Below the pieces are notes generated by a model. The model saw only the letters and a program-made list of their open reading frames with translations. It did not search any database and had not been told where the DNA came from. A stretch of 64,000 nucleotides of DNA from Candidatus Daviesbacteria bacterium (GTDB taxonomy: Bacteria; Patescibacteriota; Microgenomatia; Daviesbacterales; UBA10151): positions 8,925 through 72,924 of the forward strand of contig JACPKL010000012.1 in the NCBI GenBank assembly GCA_016187035.1, in the 5' to 3' direction. How positions within the stretch are numbered: the stretch's first letter is position 1; each line of letters opens with the position of its first letter. Below are positions 51,820-60,389 of this stretch, in pieces. Made by a program: the position numbers and the translations under genes.

Positions 51820-52818
51820 ATGAAAAAGAATTTTTTAAAATTTTTAATAGCTGGATTAATTATTTTAGCTCTGGTTGGTTTTTTTGTTTTTAAACCAAAA
51901 AATAATGCCCAGAAGCTGGAATTTACAACTATTAAAAGGCAGGATATCAGATCAACTGTTTCCTCATCAGGTTCTTTATCAGGTAAAAATACAGCAAACC
52001 TAAAGTTTAAATCAGCCGGAAAATTAGCTTATCTTAATATTAAAGAAGGGGATAAGGTTTTTGCAGGACAAGTTATTGCAGGCTTGGATACCCAGACGCT
52101 TAGTATTGCCCTTCAGCAGGCCCAGAATACCTTTGTTTCTAAGGATGCAGCTGCCAAAAAGGCTGAGGATGATGTTAAAAACCATGATAAAGATGAGACT
52201 TTTGCCCAGAAAGAAACCAGAATCTCAACCCAGGTTGCCAGGGATAATGCTTATGATAGTGTGAAAGAAGCTCAAAGAGCTTTTGGTGATGCTGTAATTG
52301 CCTCTCCTATATCAGGTTTAGTTACCCAGGCTGATTCTCTGCCCGGACAAAATGTTTCAACCACAGATATAATTGCTCAAATAGTTGATACTTCTGAAAT
52401 TATTTTTGATACAGATGTTGATGAGGCTGATATTGGTAAAATATCTCAAGGCCTGCCTGCAGAAATTACTTTGGATGCTTATGGAGATAAAATATTTAAA
52501 GGTCAGGTTAATCAGATTTTACCTCAAACCAAAACTACCGCTTCCGGTGCCACAGTTGTAACAGTTAAAATCAAGTTAAGTGATCCTCCTCAAAATTTTG
52601 TGGATGGGTTAACAGGGCAGGCAATAATTATTTTGGAGGAGGTCAAAAATGCTTTAACTATTCCTGTTGATGCCCTCAGGGAAGATGGCAGTGTATTTAC
52701 TCAAAACAATCAAAACATTAAGGTCAAAACCGGTATCAGGTCTGATACTGATGTGGAAATAAAAGAAGGATTAGAGGAAAAAGAAAAGGTATTGCTTAAT
52801 CCTCCAGCTAAAAAATGA
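51820..52818 (+). CDS. efflux transporter periplasmic adaptor (MacA/HlyD family)
   Basis: Signal-anchor MKKNFLKFLIAGLIILALVGFF followed by barrel-sandwich/lipoyl motifs (GDKVFAGQVIAGLD, ISGLVTQ). The track start at 51778 lies inside the repeat, so I prefer ATG 51820. Confidence 0.8.
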   Translation: MKKNFLKFLIAGLIILALVGFFVFKPKNNAQKLEFTTIKRQDIRSTVSSSGSLSGKNTANLKFKSAGKLAYLNIKEGDKVFAGQVIAGLDTQTLSIALQQAQNTFVSKDAAAKKAEDDVKNHDKDETFAQKETRISTQVARDNAYDSVKEAQRAFGDAVIASPISGLVTQADSLPGQNVSTTDIIAQIVDTSEIIFDTDVDEADIGKISQGLPAEITLDAYGDKIFKGQVNQILPQTKTTASGATVVTVKIKLSDPPQNFVDGLTGQAIIILEEVKNALTIPVDALREDGSVFTQNNQNIKVKTGIRSDTDVEIKEGLEEKEKVLLNPPAKK

Positions 52819-53480
52819 GCCTGGTAAAACTTTCCAAGATTAATAAAACCTATCAGTCGGGCGAGGTCACTTTTCAGGCCTTAAAAAATATAAATTTAGA
52901 AGTTAAAAAAGGTGAATTTATAGCAATTATTGGAGCTTCAGGCTCAGGTAAATCTACTTTGATGAATATTATCGGGCTCCTGGACCACCCTACAGATGGT
53001 TTATATGAGCTTGACAGCCAAAATGTCTCTTTTCTTAAAGAAGACAGCAAAGCTAAATTACGGAATCAAAAAATAGGTTTTGTTTTCCAGTCATTTAACC
53101 TGTTACCGCGGACTTCTGCTTTGGAGAATGTAGCTTTGCCTTTAATTTATGCAGGAGTTTCCAAGGCAGAAAGGCTACTTAAAGCAAAAGAAGCCTTAAA
53201 ACAGGTTGGTTTAGCCGAAAAGTCTCAATCCCATCCCAACCAGTTATCAGGAGGGCAGCAGCAAAGGGTGGCAATTGCCAGGGCACTAGTCATCCAGCCT
53301 GACATATTTTTAGCAGATGAGCCCACCGGCAACCTGGATACAAAATCCGGTGAAGAGATTATGAGGATCTTTGAACAGCTGCACAAGGAGGGTAAAACTA
53401 TCATTATGATTACCCATGAGATGGGTATTGCCAAACATGCTAAAAGAATTATCAGGCTTAAAGACGGAGAAATAATTTAA
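52815..53480 (+). CDS. ABC transporter ATP-binding protein (MacB/LolD type)
   Basis: [34 protein letters not shown] and MITHE motifs. Confidence 0.9.
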   Translation: MSLVKLSKINKTYQSGEVTFQALKNINLEVKKGEFIAIIGASGSGKSTLMNIIGLLDHPTDGLYELDSQNVSFLKEDSKAKLRNQKIGFVFQSFNLLPRTSALENVALPLIYAGVSKAERLLKAKEALKQVGLAEKSQSHPNQLSGGQQQRVAIARALVIQPDIFLADEPTGNLDTKSGEEIMRIFEQLHKEGKTIIMITHEMGIAKHAKRIIRLKDGEII

Positions 53481-53482
53481 TT

Positions 53483-54673
53483 ATGGATATTAGTGAGACT
53501 ACCCGGTCAGCTTTTACAGCCATTTTGGCTAATAAAATGAGGTCTTTTTTAACTATTTTAGGAATTGTGATTGGTGTAACTTCGGTTATTTTATTAATTT
53601 CTCTGGTTGTGGGCCTGCAAACTTTTATCACCAACCAGATTCAGGGTTTAGGTTCAAATTTGCTATTTGTGATTCCCGGCAGGTTAGGCGGTGCCCGCTC
53701 CCCTGGCGGAGTGCAGGCAAACAGGCTGGAATTTTCAGATGCCGTTAGCTTAAGAAGCAAGCTGGGGTCTGAAGCCCAGGTTTCAGCAGTCATCCAAAGG
53801 ACAGCTACTTTAAAATTTGGCAATAAAACAGATAAAGGTGCTGCTGTTTTTGGTGTTGAAGCTAATTATCCTAAAATTATCTCCATTAAACTTGCGGAAG
53901 GGCGTTTTTTTAAAGAGTCAGAAGTACAATCTGTCAGAAAAGTAGCAGTGATTGGCCAGACTGTCAGAAAAAACCTTTTTGGCAGTAGCCAGGTGATCGG
54001 ACAAGCAGTGGATGTTGCAGGTTTGAAGTACACTGTTATAGGTATTTCAGCGCCAAGGGGGTCAACTTTTGGGATAGACCAGGATAATTCTATTATTCTT
54101 CCCTTTCCTGCTGCCCAAAGGCAGTTTGGCATCAACAGGCTTAATACTATTTATATTTCTGCAAAAGGGGCTGATAATGTAAAACCTGTCCAGGAAAAAG
54201 CTGTAAAAGTTTTAAAAAAAAGATTAACTGAAGATGATTTTACTATCCAGTCCCAGGAACAGACCCTTTCCACTATCTCACAAATAACATCTGTTTTAAC
54301 TTTAGCTTTAGGAGGGGTTGCTGCTATTTCTTTAATAGTTGGGGGGATTGGGATTATGAATATCATGCTGGTGACTGTAGCAGAAAGAACAAGGGAAATA
54401 GGTTTAAGAAAAGCTTTGGGGGCAAGGCCAAAAGATATTAGAAGTCAGTTTTTAATTGAGGCTGTGGTTTTATCAGGTTTAGGAGGAATAATTGGGATTA
54501 TTTTAGGCATTATTATTTCATTTATTATAGGCAGGTTTTTTACTACCACTGTCCCTCTCTGGTCTGTTGCTTTATCTTTTGGATTTTCTATGCTGGTAGG
54601 TATAATTTTTGGAGTTACCCCAGCCATCAGGGCAGCCAAACTCGACCCCATCCAGGCTCTAAGATATGAATAG
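53483..54673 (+). CDS. ABC transporter permease (MacB/FtsX type)
   Basis: MacB N-terminal helix, a periplasmic domain and the C-terminal FtsX domain (RTREIGLRKALGAR). Confidence 0.9.
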   Translation: MDISETTRSAFTAILANKMRSFLTILGIVIGVTSVILLISLVVGLQTFITNQIQGLGSNLLFVIPGRLGGARSPGGVQANRLEFSDAVSLRSKLGSEAQVSAVIQRTATLKFGNKTDKGAAVFGVEANYPKIISIKLAEGRFFKESEVQSVRKVAVIGQTVRKNLFGSSQVIGQAVDVAGLKYTVIGISAPRGSTFGIDQDNSIILPFPAAQRQFGINRLNTIYISAKGADNVKPVQEKAVKVLKKRLTEDDFTIQSQEQTLSTISQITSVLTLALGGVAAISLIVGGIGIMNIMLVTVAERTREIGLRKALGARPKDIRSQFLIEAVVLSGLGGIIGIILGIIISFIIGRFFTTTVPLWSVALSFGFSMLVGIIFGVTPAIRAAKLDPIQALRYE

Positions 54674-54695
54674 CTTTGAACCCCAGGAATTAGCC
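54667..54695 (+). repeat. interspersed repeat family 3, 3' part only
   Basis: tgaatagctttgaaccccaggaattagcc contains the TAG stop of the permease gene. Confidence 0.8.
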
Positions 54696-54722
54696 TTATT
54701 TTATATTAATAATAAGTAAACA

Positions 54723-54761
54723 TCCTACCTCCGAGGTAGAAGTGAAGCTACACCTAGGGTC
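54723..54761 (+). repeat. REP-like element (subtype A)
   Basis: tcctacctccgaggtagaagtgaagctacacctagggtc. Confidence 0.85.
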
Positions 54762-54785
54762 TTTCTACAAATTTTGCATATTCTG

Positions 54786-54814
54786 TTGACTTCTCAATAT
54801 AATGTTAATAGAAT
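54786..54814 (+). promoter_or_regulatory. sigma-70-like promoter TTGACT-17-TAGAAT upstream of the sigma gene
   Basis: TTGACT 54786..54791 and TAGAAT 54809..54814, with the ATG at 54824 (very short leader). Confidence 0.45.
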
Positions 54815-54823
54815 AAAACAATT

Positions 54824-55705
54824 ATGCTGGAGCAGGAACAGGCTCTCTGGGCAGCTGTCCACCGCAGAGAAGTTACATTAGCAAGTAAGAATAATCTGCA
54901 AGAGGGCTATTCTGATACTACACAGGCAATAATTTATGAGGGCGATATAGCAATTGAAGCATTGGCTCTGCAGTATGATTCATCAGTTAAATATGTGATG
55001 GTAAGAACAGCTTTAAACTTTGGTCCACTAACCACTCCGGATGACCAGTATCAAAACGGCAGATTAGGTCTTGTTGAAGCAATCAGGAGCTTTAATCCAA
55101 ATAATGGCGCACCGTTCCTATCGTATGCAATACCCCATATCCGCGGAGCCATGCTAGACGCTGAGCGGGATGCCTCATTTTTACCTAGAAGCGCTACAGA
55201 TCGTGGGTTGCTTGTTGAAAGAGTAACAAACAGATTCTTTCAAAATCATGGTACAAAACTAACTGAATCAGAATTATTGAAACTATGCCAGACTAAAGAT
55301 CAATTGTTAAAAACCACCAAACAGCTGCGGCAAGCACAACAAGCTCTCAGCATGACTATTGTTTCCCTAGATGAACCTATAGACGATGAGGGAGATGGTG
55401 TTAGAGGAGATTTTGTGACAGACGATGCTAATGTAACTCCAGAGCAGGCTGTAATAAGAGCAGAAGAGATGATAAGCTTGAGAGGAGCTATCACCACACT
55501 TCAAAGGCGCGACCAAATTTTGATTAATCTCCATTACGAGAAAGGGATGACTTTTGCTGAGATCGCAAGAATTCTTGAGACTTCTGAATCAGCAGTGTTT
55601 CAACTCCATGATAGAGTAAAAAAGAGACTACGCAGACAGCTAGGAATAACTGACTCCATATCAAGAAAGTGTTTTTCTCCTTCGCTTAAATGGAGTAAGC
55701 CTTAA
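54824..55705 (+). CDS. sigma-70 family sigma factor (group 3, SigF/FliA-like)
   Basis: Region 2 (GRLGLVEAIRSFNPNNGAPFLSYAIPHIRGAMLD), region 3, and region 4 HTH (LINLHYEKGMTFAEIARILETSESAVFQLHDRVKKRLR). Confidence 0.8.
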   Translation: MLEQEQALWAAVHRREVTLASKNNLQEGYSDTTQAIIYEGDIAIEALALQYDSSVKYVMVRTALNFGPLTTPDDQYQNGRLGLVEAIRSFNPNNGAPFLSYAIPHIRGAMLDAERDASFLPRSATDRGLLVERVTNRFFQNHGTKLTESELLKLCQTKDQLLKTTKQLRQAQQALSMTIVSLDEPIDDEGDGVRGDFVTDDANVTPEQAVIRAEEMISLRGAITTLQRRDQILINLHYEKGMTFAEIARILETSESAVFQLHDRVKKRLRRQLGITDSISRKCFSPSLKWSKP

Positions 55706-55913
55706 ACAAGCTGCGCAAACACTCAAAGTATCAACTAATAAGATAAAAGATGAAGAACAGCAAGCGCGAAGTGTTATCGAAAGGGATGTTCTTCAGCCAC
55801 GCGGTTTCGAAAGGCTTCCAGAGGCGCTTGCAAGCCTGGACTTGATATATATTCACCGCACTTACCTGCCAACTAATGGGAAATTTTGGAAACTTCCAAC
55901 CACTGTAAGGTAA
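55650..55913 (+). CDS. candidate small sigma-region-4-like HTH protein without canonical start codon
   Basis: An open frame (the +1 frame relative to the sigma gene) reads LTPYQESVFLLRLNGVSLKQAAQTLKVSTNKIKDEEQQARSVIE.... The only possible start is CTG 55650, preceded by AGGA. It is absent from the track. The antisense track ORF 55731..55949 is less convincing. Confidence 0.3.
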   Translation: MTPYQESVFLLRLNGVSLKQAAQTLKVSTNKIKDEEQQARSVIERDVLQPRGFERLPEALASLDLIYIHRTYLPTNGKFWKLPTTVR

Positions 55914-55923
55914 TCTCCTTAAT

Positions 55924-55959
55924 GAACCCCAGGGGTTGAATACGTTCAAACCCCAGGAA
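55924..55959 (+). repeat. interspersed repeat family 3 variant
   Basis: gaaccccaggggttgaatacgttcaaaccccaggaa is the reverse complement of 63825..63864. Confidence 0.85.
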
Positions 55960-56110
55960 ATAAATGATCTAGTTTGAAATCTAGATGCTGTATATTGCTG
56001 TATATTAAAGAAGTAAAAGATATGAGACTAGAGCAAGATATGCATGTTCAAAAACATAGAGATATAGATGACAAGTTTAAGGGATTAGAATCTGCAATGA
56101 AGGTTGTAAA

Positions 56111-56710
56111 CTAAATCTTTTTTTGGGAGTATTCTTCTGGAGTAAACCAGCTGGCTTCCGGAACACTTTTGTAAGAAGGATTTTTAACTAAGGTTGGTTT
56201 GCCATTTTCCTCAACCACATAATAGGCAAAGCCTCTCATTTTTTTAACTGCTTCATAATCAGCATGGCCTGGTAAGGAGACCGGATCTTTTTCTTCCATA
56301 TTTACAGGTGAATCATCAAAAGTTACCAGCCATACTTTTCCTGTATTTACTACCAAATGCCCTGTGCCTGAAGGAATATATACCCTGTCTCCCTGCTTAA
56401 CGGGAATGGCTATAAAAGATTCAATTTCATCATCAACAGGATTCCCGCTATCCTCTCCTTTTCTTTTTTGTAAAAGCACAATCCCCTCTCCTTCGGCAAT
56501 ATTATATGTTTCATCCAAATGCCCTATATGATAATGGCCATAAGTTTTAATATACTCCCCCCCAACAGTACCAACTTCCCAAACAGTCACATTGGTTTTA
56601 TCAGAACCACCCCTTATCATGTAATAATGGATCTGGGGTCCTTCTGCTTCAGGGTGAAGGAGCACCTCTTTCATCTTCTCATGACTTCTTTCAGCAAAAG
56701 GCTTTAGCAT
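56111..56710 (-). CDS. pgiA: cupin-type glucose-6-phosphate isomerase (archaeal cPGI-like)
   Basis: 199 aa. Cupin metal motifs are TYGHYHIGHLDETY and YIPSGTGHLVVNTG, and the N-terminal IHYYMIRG segment resembles the Pyrococcus-type PGI family. The genomic context is zwf, gnd and glucokinase. Confidence 0.6.
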   Translation of the reverse strand: MLKPFAERSHEKMKEVLLHPEAEGPQIHYYMIRGGSDKTNVTVWEVGTVGGEYIKTYGHYHIGHLDETYNIAEGEGIVLLQKRKGEDSGNPVDDEIESFIAIPVKQGDRVYIPSGTGHLVVNTGKVWLVTFDDSPVNMEEKDPVSLPGHADYEAVKKMRGFAYYVVEENGKPTLVKNPSYKSVPEASWFTPEEYSQKKI

Positions 56711-56756
56711 ATTTTTAGTGTGACATACTTTTCCTCACTTGACAAGTAGGATTGGC

Positions 56757-56903
56757 GAAATTAGTCAGTGTTTCCCAGTAATGTCATTGCGAGGCCGCAC
56801 CTTTTTCTAAAGGTGCGTGCCGTGGCAATCTTCCCACTTGAGGTGGAAGATTCCTCGGATGCACTCGGAATGACAAGCTCGCTGGGAAGAACTAATTAGT
56901 TTC
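56757..56903. mobile_element. complete MITE (~147 bp) with TIRs GAAATTAGTCAGTGTTTCCCAG / CTGGGAAGAACTAATTAGTTTC
   Basis: The internal units gtcattgcgagg...ggcaatc and ggaagattcctcgg...cggaatgaca belong to the same family as 12734..12822. The TIRs resemble those of 24157..24278. Confidence 0.75.
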
Positions 56904-56959
56904 ATTTTCCTTATTTGATATTTTAATATCCATATTATATACTCTACAGGCTTAAAAAT

Positions 56960-57187
56960 ATGGCTACAATGGTTGAGGTGGGTCCATTAAGAAGATTCTG
57001 TGAAGAAGATTTTGAAGCCAGCTTAGGCAGCTTCCAACAGACTACCGGTAAATCTAAGAGAGAATCTAGCAGAATTGCTCTAGGTTTTACGCCAGTTATT
57101 ATTATCCCCCGGGAAAAAGTTAGACCTGATATAGGGGTAAATGTAGAATTATTAAATATGACTCCCAATATCAAGGTAGATTACTAA
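56960..57187 (+). CDS. hypothetical small protein (VEVGP N-terminal motif)
   Basis: 75-aa ORF ending 23 nt upstream of the 312-aa ORF. Preferred over the antisense ORF 56944..57174. Confidence 0.35.
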   Translation: MATMVEVGPLRRFCEEDFEASLGSFQQTTGKSKRESSRIALGFTPVIIIPREKVRPDIGVNVELLNMTPNIKVDY

Positions 57188-57210
57188 CAGATCCTTTAAG
57201 GCCTTCCTGG

Positions 57211-58149
57211 ATGGCAATTAGAACAGGTTCTGTAGGACAAGAAGGACTTGATGCAGTCAACCAGGCTTTAAGGGAATATGGCGCTGATTATGCTGCAGCT
57301 TACCTCCTGCAACATCAAGAAGTTAGAAAAGCTGGTTATCAGGGTTATGGAGAAGTTTTTGACGCGCTTGGATTAACCGGGGACTATATTAATACTGTTT
57401 TATCAGCCACCAGAGCTGATATAGCTCAGGCAGGCTATGGAAGTATTACCAGTGCAGCTGAGATCAGACGCCAACCATTTCAACCAGTTCCCCCATTGGC
57501 AACCTCTGAACAAATGGTAGCTGCTATCAAAAAATATGCTCCAGATGGTATTACCTATTATGTAAGAGAGGATTTTGATCCTACCAGGGCTGATTCATTC
57601 ATATTTGCCAGAGTTTTCAGAAATGGGGATGCAGGTATATCAATTATCAGGACTACTGGTAAAAATCCAGATCCCAGAATCCCTATATCACAAGCATCAT
57701 ATTACTTACAGGCTATTTTATATGGATTACAAGGTAGAATCCCAGATGCATTAGGAGCAACAGGAATGGCTTCTTTATATGGAAAAGTAATTGCAGGTTC
57801 AGATCTAGGAGAAGGTTGGTTTTTTGGCAGTTGTGCTGATGCTTCTGAAAGATTAGCCCGTTATACTGATGCTTTGGTTGGATCAACCACTGATGAAGCA
57901 ACCCAGCTGTCAAGACTGACTGAAACTTTGGTAAATAACTCATTGGCAAACAGTTCTGATTTTGGCCCAAGAACAGGTTTAGAATGGATACCAAGCGCTT
58001 CTTTAGTTGCCTTTGGAGCCAAAAATGTACCTTTGTATATAGCTAATCTTTTATCTGTTTCAGTAAGGGCTGAGGTGGACAGGAGAGGCATAAAAGAACC
58101 AGAACAAGTCTTCAACCAGCTTTCCTCTATGATCCCTTCAGCACAATAA
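57211..58149 (+). CDS. hypothetical protein (orphan, G+C-richer)
   Basis: 312-aa ORF with no motif recognised. Confidence 0.5.
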   Translation: MAIRTGSVGQEGLDAVNQALREYGADYAAAYLLQHQEVRKAGYQGYGEVFDALGLTGDYINTVLSATRADIAQAGYGSITSAAEIRRQPFQPVPPLATSEQMVAAIKKYAPDGITYYVREDFDPTRADSFIFARVFRNGDAGISIIRTTGKNPDPRIPISQASYYLQAILYGLQGRIPDALGATGMASLYGKVIAGSDLGEGWFFGSCADASERLARYTDALVGSTTDEATQLSRLTETLVNNSLANSSDFGPRTGLEWIPSASLVAFGAKNVPLYIANLLSVSVRAEVDRRGIKEPEQVFNQLSSMIPSAQ

Positions 58150-58202
58150 ATCTGGTAAAGTTCGTGCGGACACCTTTAAGCTAAATTTAAGAAATTTGGG
58201 TC

Positions 58203-58231
58203 TTGACAAGTAGGATTGGCAGGTGTAAATT
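58203..58231 (+). promoter_or_regulatory. promoter TTGACA-17-TAAATT within the repeated 19-mer CTTGACAAGTAGGATTGGC
   Basis: The 19-mer at 58202..58220 is identical to 56738..56756. The -10 box ends 7 nt before ATG 58239, so the mRNA may be leaderless. Confidence 0.4.
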
Positions 58232-58238
58232 TAAACTT

Positions 58239-58442
58239 ATGAGCCTACATACTGTAGAAGTTGGACCGGAATTAAAAGCTCCAACACAAATTCTTACACC
58301 GCCCCGGACAGCCGAATCATTTCATAAGGAAAGGACAGCGTGGTTGGGTCTGGACCAAACTGGTGTTAAGGGCTGCATAGAATTAATAGCAACTTTTTCA
58401 AGAGATTTTAGAAGAGCTATCGAACCCCCAAAAACTCCGTGA
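58239..58442 (+). CDS. hypothetical small protein (VEVGP N-terminal motif)
   Basis: MSLHTVEVGPELK.... The track ORF starts at 58203, inside the promoter, so I prefer ATG 58239. Confidence 0.35.
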   Translation: MSLHTVEVGPELKAPTQILTPPRTAESFHKERTAWLGLDQTGVKGCIELIATFSRDFRRAIEPPKTP

Positions 58443-58473
58443 CTATCTTGATAAAATCTGTTATGTTTAGGGT

Positions 58474-59907
58474 GTGAAGAATTTAACCTTGGTTTTTTTT
58501 GGAATAACCTCTAATCTGGCTCAAAAATATTTTATCCCAGCTCTCTATGATATGTGCGAAAAAGGGGTATTGCCAGATAACATGACTATCTTGGGAAATG
58601 CCAGAACTCCTATGGACAAGGCAGAGTTTGCCTCATATATTCATAAAGTTTTACATTTGCCCAATGTTCATCACCAGCACTCTATCCAGGAAGAATTTTT
58701 TAAAAAACTTATCAGGAAATTTCATTATCTGGCAGGTCATTTGGACGATCCTGTCTTTTATACTCTTTTAAAGCATACTTTAGACCATTCTGGTCTGCAG
58801 GATAGAATCTTTTACCTGGCCACTTATCCTGATTTATACCACCATATTTTTGAAAATCTAAAAAAAGTTAGCCTAAACAAACAGGATCAAGGTTTTGTCA
58901 GGCTGATGATAGAAAAGCCAATTGGCCATGATCTTAAATCTGCCAAAGCTTTGAATACTTTACTTTTGAAATACTTTACTGAGGATCAAATTTATAGATT
59001 AGATCACTATTTGGGCAAAGAGACCCTACAAAATATTTTAACCTTCAGATTCTCAAATGGCATATTTGAGCCTTTAATAAATAAAGAGTACATTGATCAT
59101 ATTCAGATTACAGCTTCAGAGGACTTTGGCATAGGACAAAGAGGCAGCTACTATGATCAACTGGGAGCTTTGAAAGACGTTGGTCAGAATCACCAGCTGC
59201 AGATGCTGGCTTTTGCCACCATGAATGCTCCGGCAGAGTTTAGCAATGAGGCTGTCACCAGACAAAGAATTAAAATCCTGCAAAGTCTTACTCCTGTACC
59301 CAAAAAAATAGTCTTTGGGCAGTATGCAGGATATAGAAAAGAGGAAAATGTTGATCCTGTATCTAACACTGATACTTTTTATGCTTTTAAAACTTTTATA
59401 AAAAATGACAGGTTTAAGGATGTACCCGTTTATATCAGAGCAGGCAAAAAATTAGCCCAAACTGTCACTGAAATTTCTATTATTTTCAAAAATCCGATCA
59501 ATAGGTTGCTAAAAAATTTAGACTTGGGTGAGGAACCAAATGTTTTAATTTACAGAGTTGGACCAAATGAAGGCATTGTTTTAAAAATATTAACTAAAGT
59601 CCCAGGACATGAAATTAAACTTGAACCAGAATATATGCAGTTTTGCTACAAGGCAGATTTGCATAGCCATATTATTCCTGATCCTCATGAAAGGCTTTTG
59701 ATGGATACTATTCATGGTGACCAAACTTTCTTTAATGATGCAGAAGAGGTAGAAGCCCAATGGGCTTTTATAGATCCCCTTGCTAATGCTCGGGGCAAGC
59801 CGCATATTTACAAAGTGGGTACCTGGGGACCTAAAGAAGCTGGAAGGTTAATAGAAGAAGATGGCAGATCCTGGCTTGAGCCTTCCATGGACTTTTGCAG
59901 AATTTAG
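58474..59907 (+). CDS. zwf: glucose-6-phosphate 1-dehydrogenase
   Basis: N-terminal FFGITSNLAQKYFIPALY, the active-site motif RLDHYLGKE and IEKPIGHDL. Confidence 0.9.
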   Translation: MKNLTLVFFGITSNLAQKYFIPALYDMCEKGVLPDNMTILGNARTPMDKAEFASYIHKVLHLPNVHHQHSIQEEFFKKLIRKFHYLAGHLDDPVFYTLLKHTLDHSGLQDRIFYLATYPDLYHHIFENLKKVSLNKQDQGFVRLMIEKPIGHDLKSAKALNTLLLKYFTEDQIYRLDHYLGKETLQNILTFRFSNGIFEPLINKEYIDHIQITASEDFGIGQRGSYYDQLGALKDVGQNHQLQMLAFATMNAPAEFSNEAVTRQRIKILQSLTPVPKKIVFGQYAGYRKEENVDPVSNTDTFYAFKTFIKNDRFKDVPVYIRAGKKLAQTVTEISIIFKNPINRLLKNLDLGEEPNVLIYRVGPNEGIVLKILTKVPGHEIKLEPEYMQFCYKADLHSHIIPDPHERLLMDTIHGDQTFFNDAEEVEAQWAFIDPLANARGKPHIYKVGTWGPKEAGRLIEEDGRSWLEPSMDFCRI

Positions 59908-60386
59908 AAGCTCCCTAGAGGCCAAAAGCCCAAAGTAAAATTTTTCCCTCTAATTTTAAACCTTCTTCTATAACCTGCCTCTATTGTTAATTCTTCAGCC
60001 TGAGCAGCAGTGTATCCTCTAGCCTTACCTGATACTACTACCATCTCATGAGCACCAAAAAGTATGGCGCCAGTACGCATATCTTCAAACGGAACCAAAC
60101 CTCTTCCTATTCTCTTAATATCTAATGGAGCTACATTAAATGCAAGAAGTCTTGCTTGAGGATAAACTGCAACTAATGCTTCTGGTTCGCCCAATTCTCC
60201 TCCATGTAGTTTCAGACAAAATCTGGTGGGATCAGTTAAGAAATCCTCAAATACAACTCTCCTGCCAGAAAATGAGTGTTCATCAGGTACTTCATGACGT
60301 ACATACACACCATTTTCCTTTTCAATACTTACACCAGGAATCATAATGTCTGGATTATATACTATAAGGGAAGGGGATGCAAACAT
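59904..60386 (-). CDS. hypothetical protein (orphan, G+C-richer)
   Basis: 160-aa ORF whose ATG lies 3 nt from REP-L of the RAYT unit. Confidence 0.45.
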   Translation of the reverse strand: MFASPSLIVYNPDIMIPGVSIEKENGVYVRHEVPDEHSFSGRRVVFEDFLTDPTRFCLKLHGGELGEPEALVAVYPQARLLAFNVAPLDIKRIGRGLVPFEDMRTGAILFGAHEMVVVSGKARGYTAAQAEELTIEAGYRRRFKIRGKNFTLGFWPLGSF

Positions 60387-60389
60387 TAA

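Noticed and set aside
55989-56008. The tandem direct repeat gctgtatatt x2, and a 29-codon ORF at about 56022..56111.
   Set aside because: Both are too short and isolated to interpret, and there is no supporting signal.
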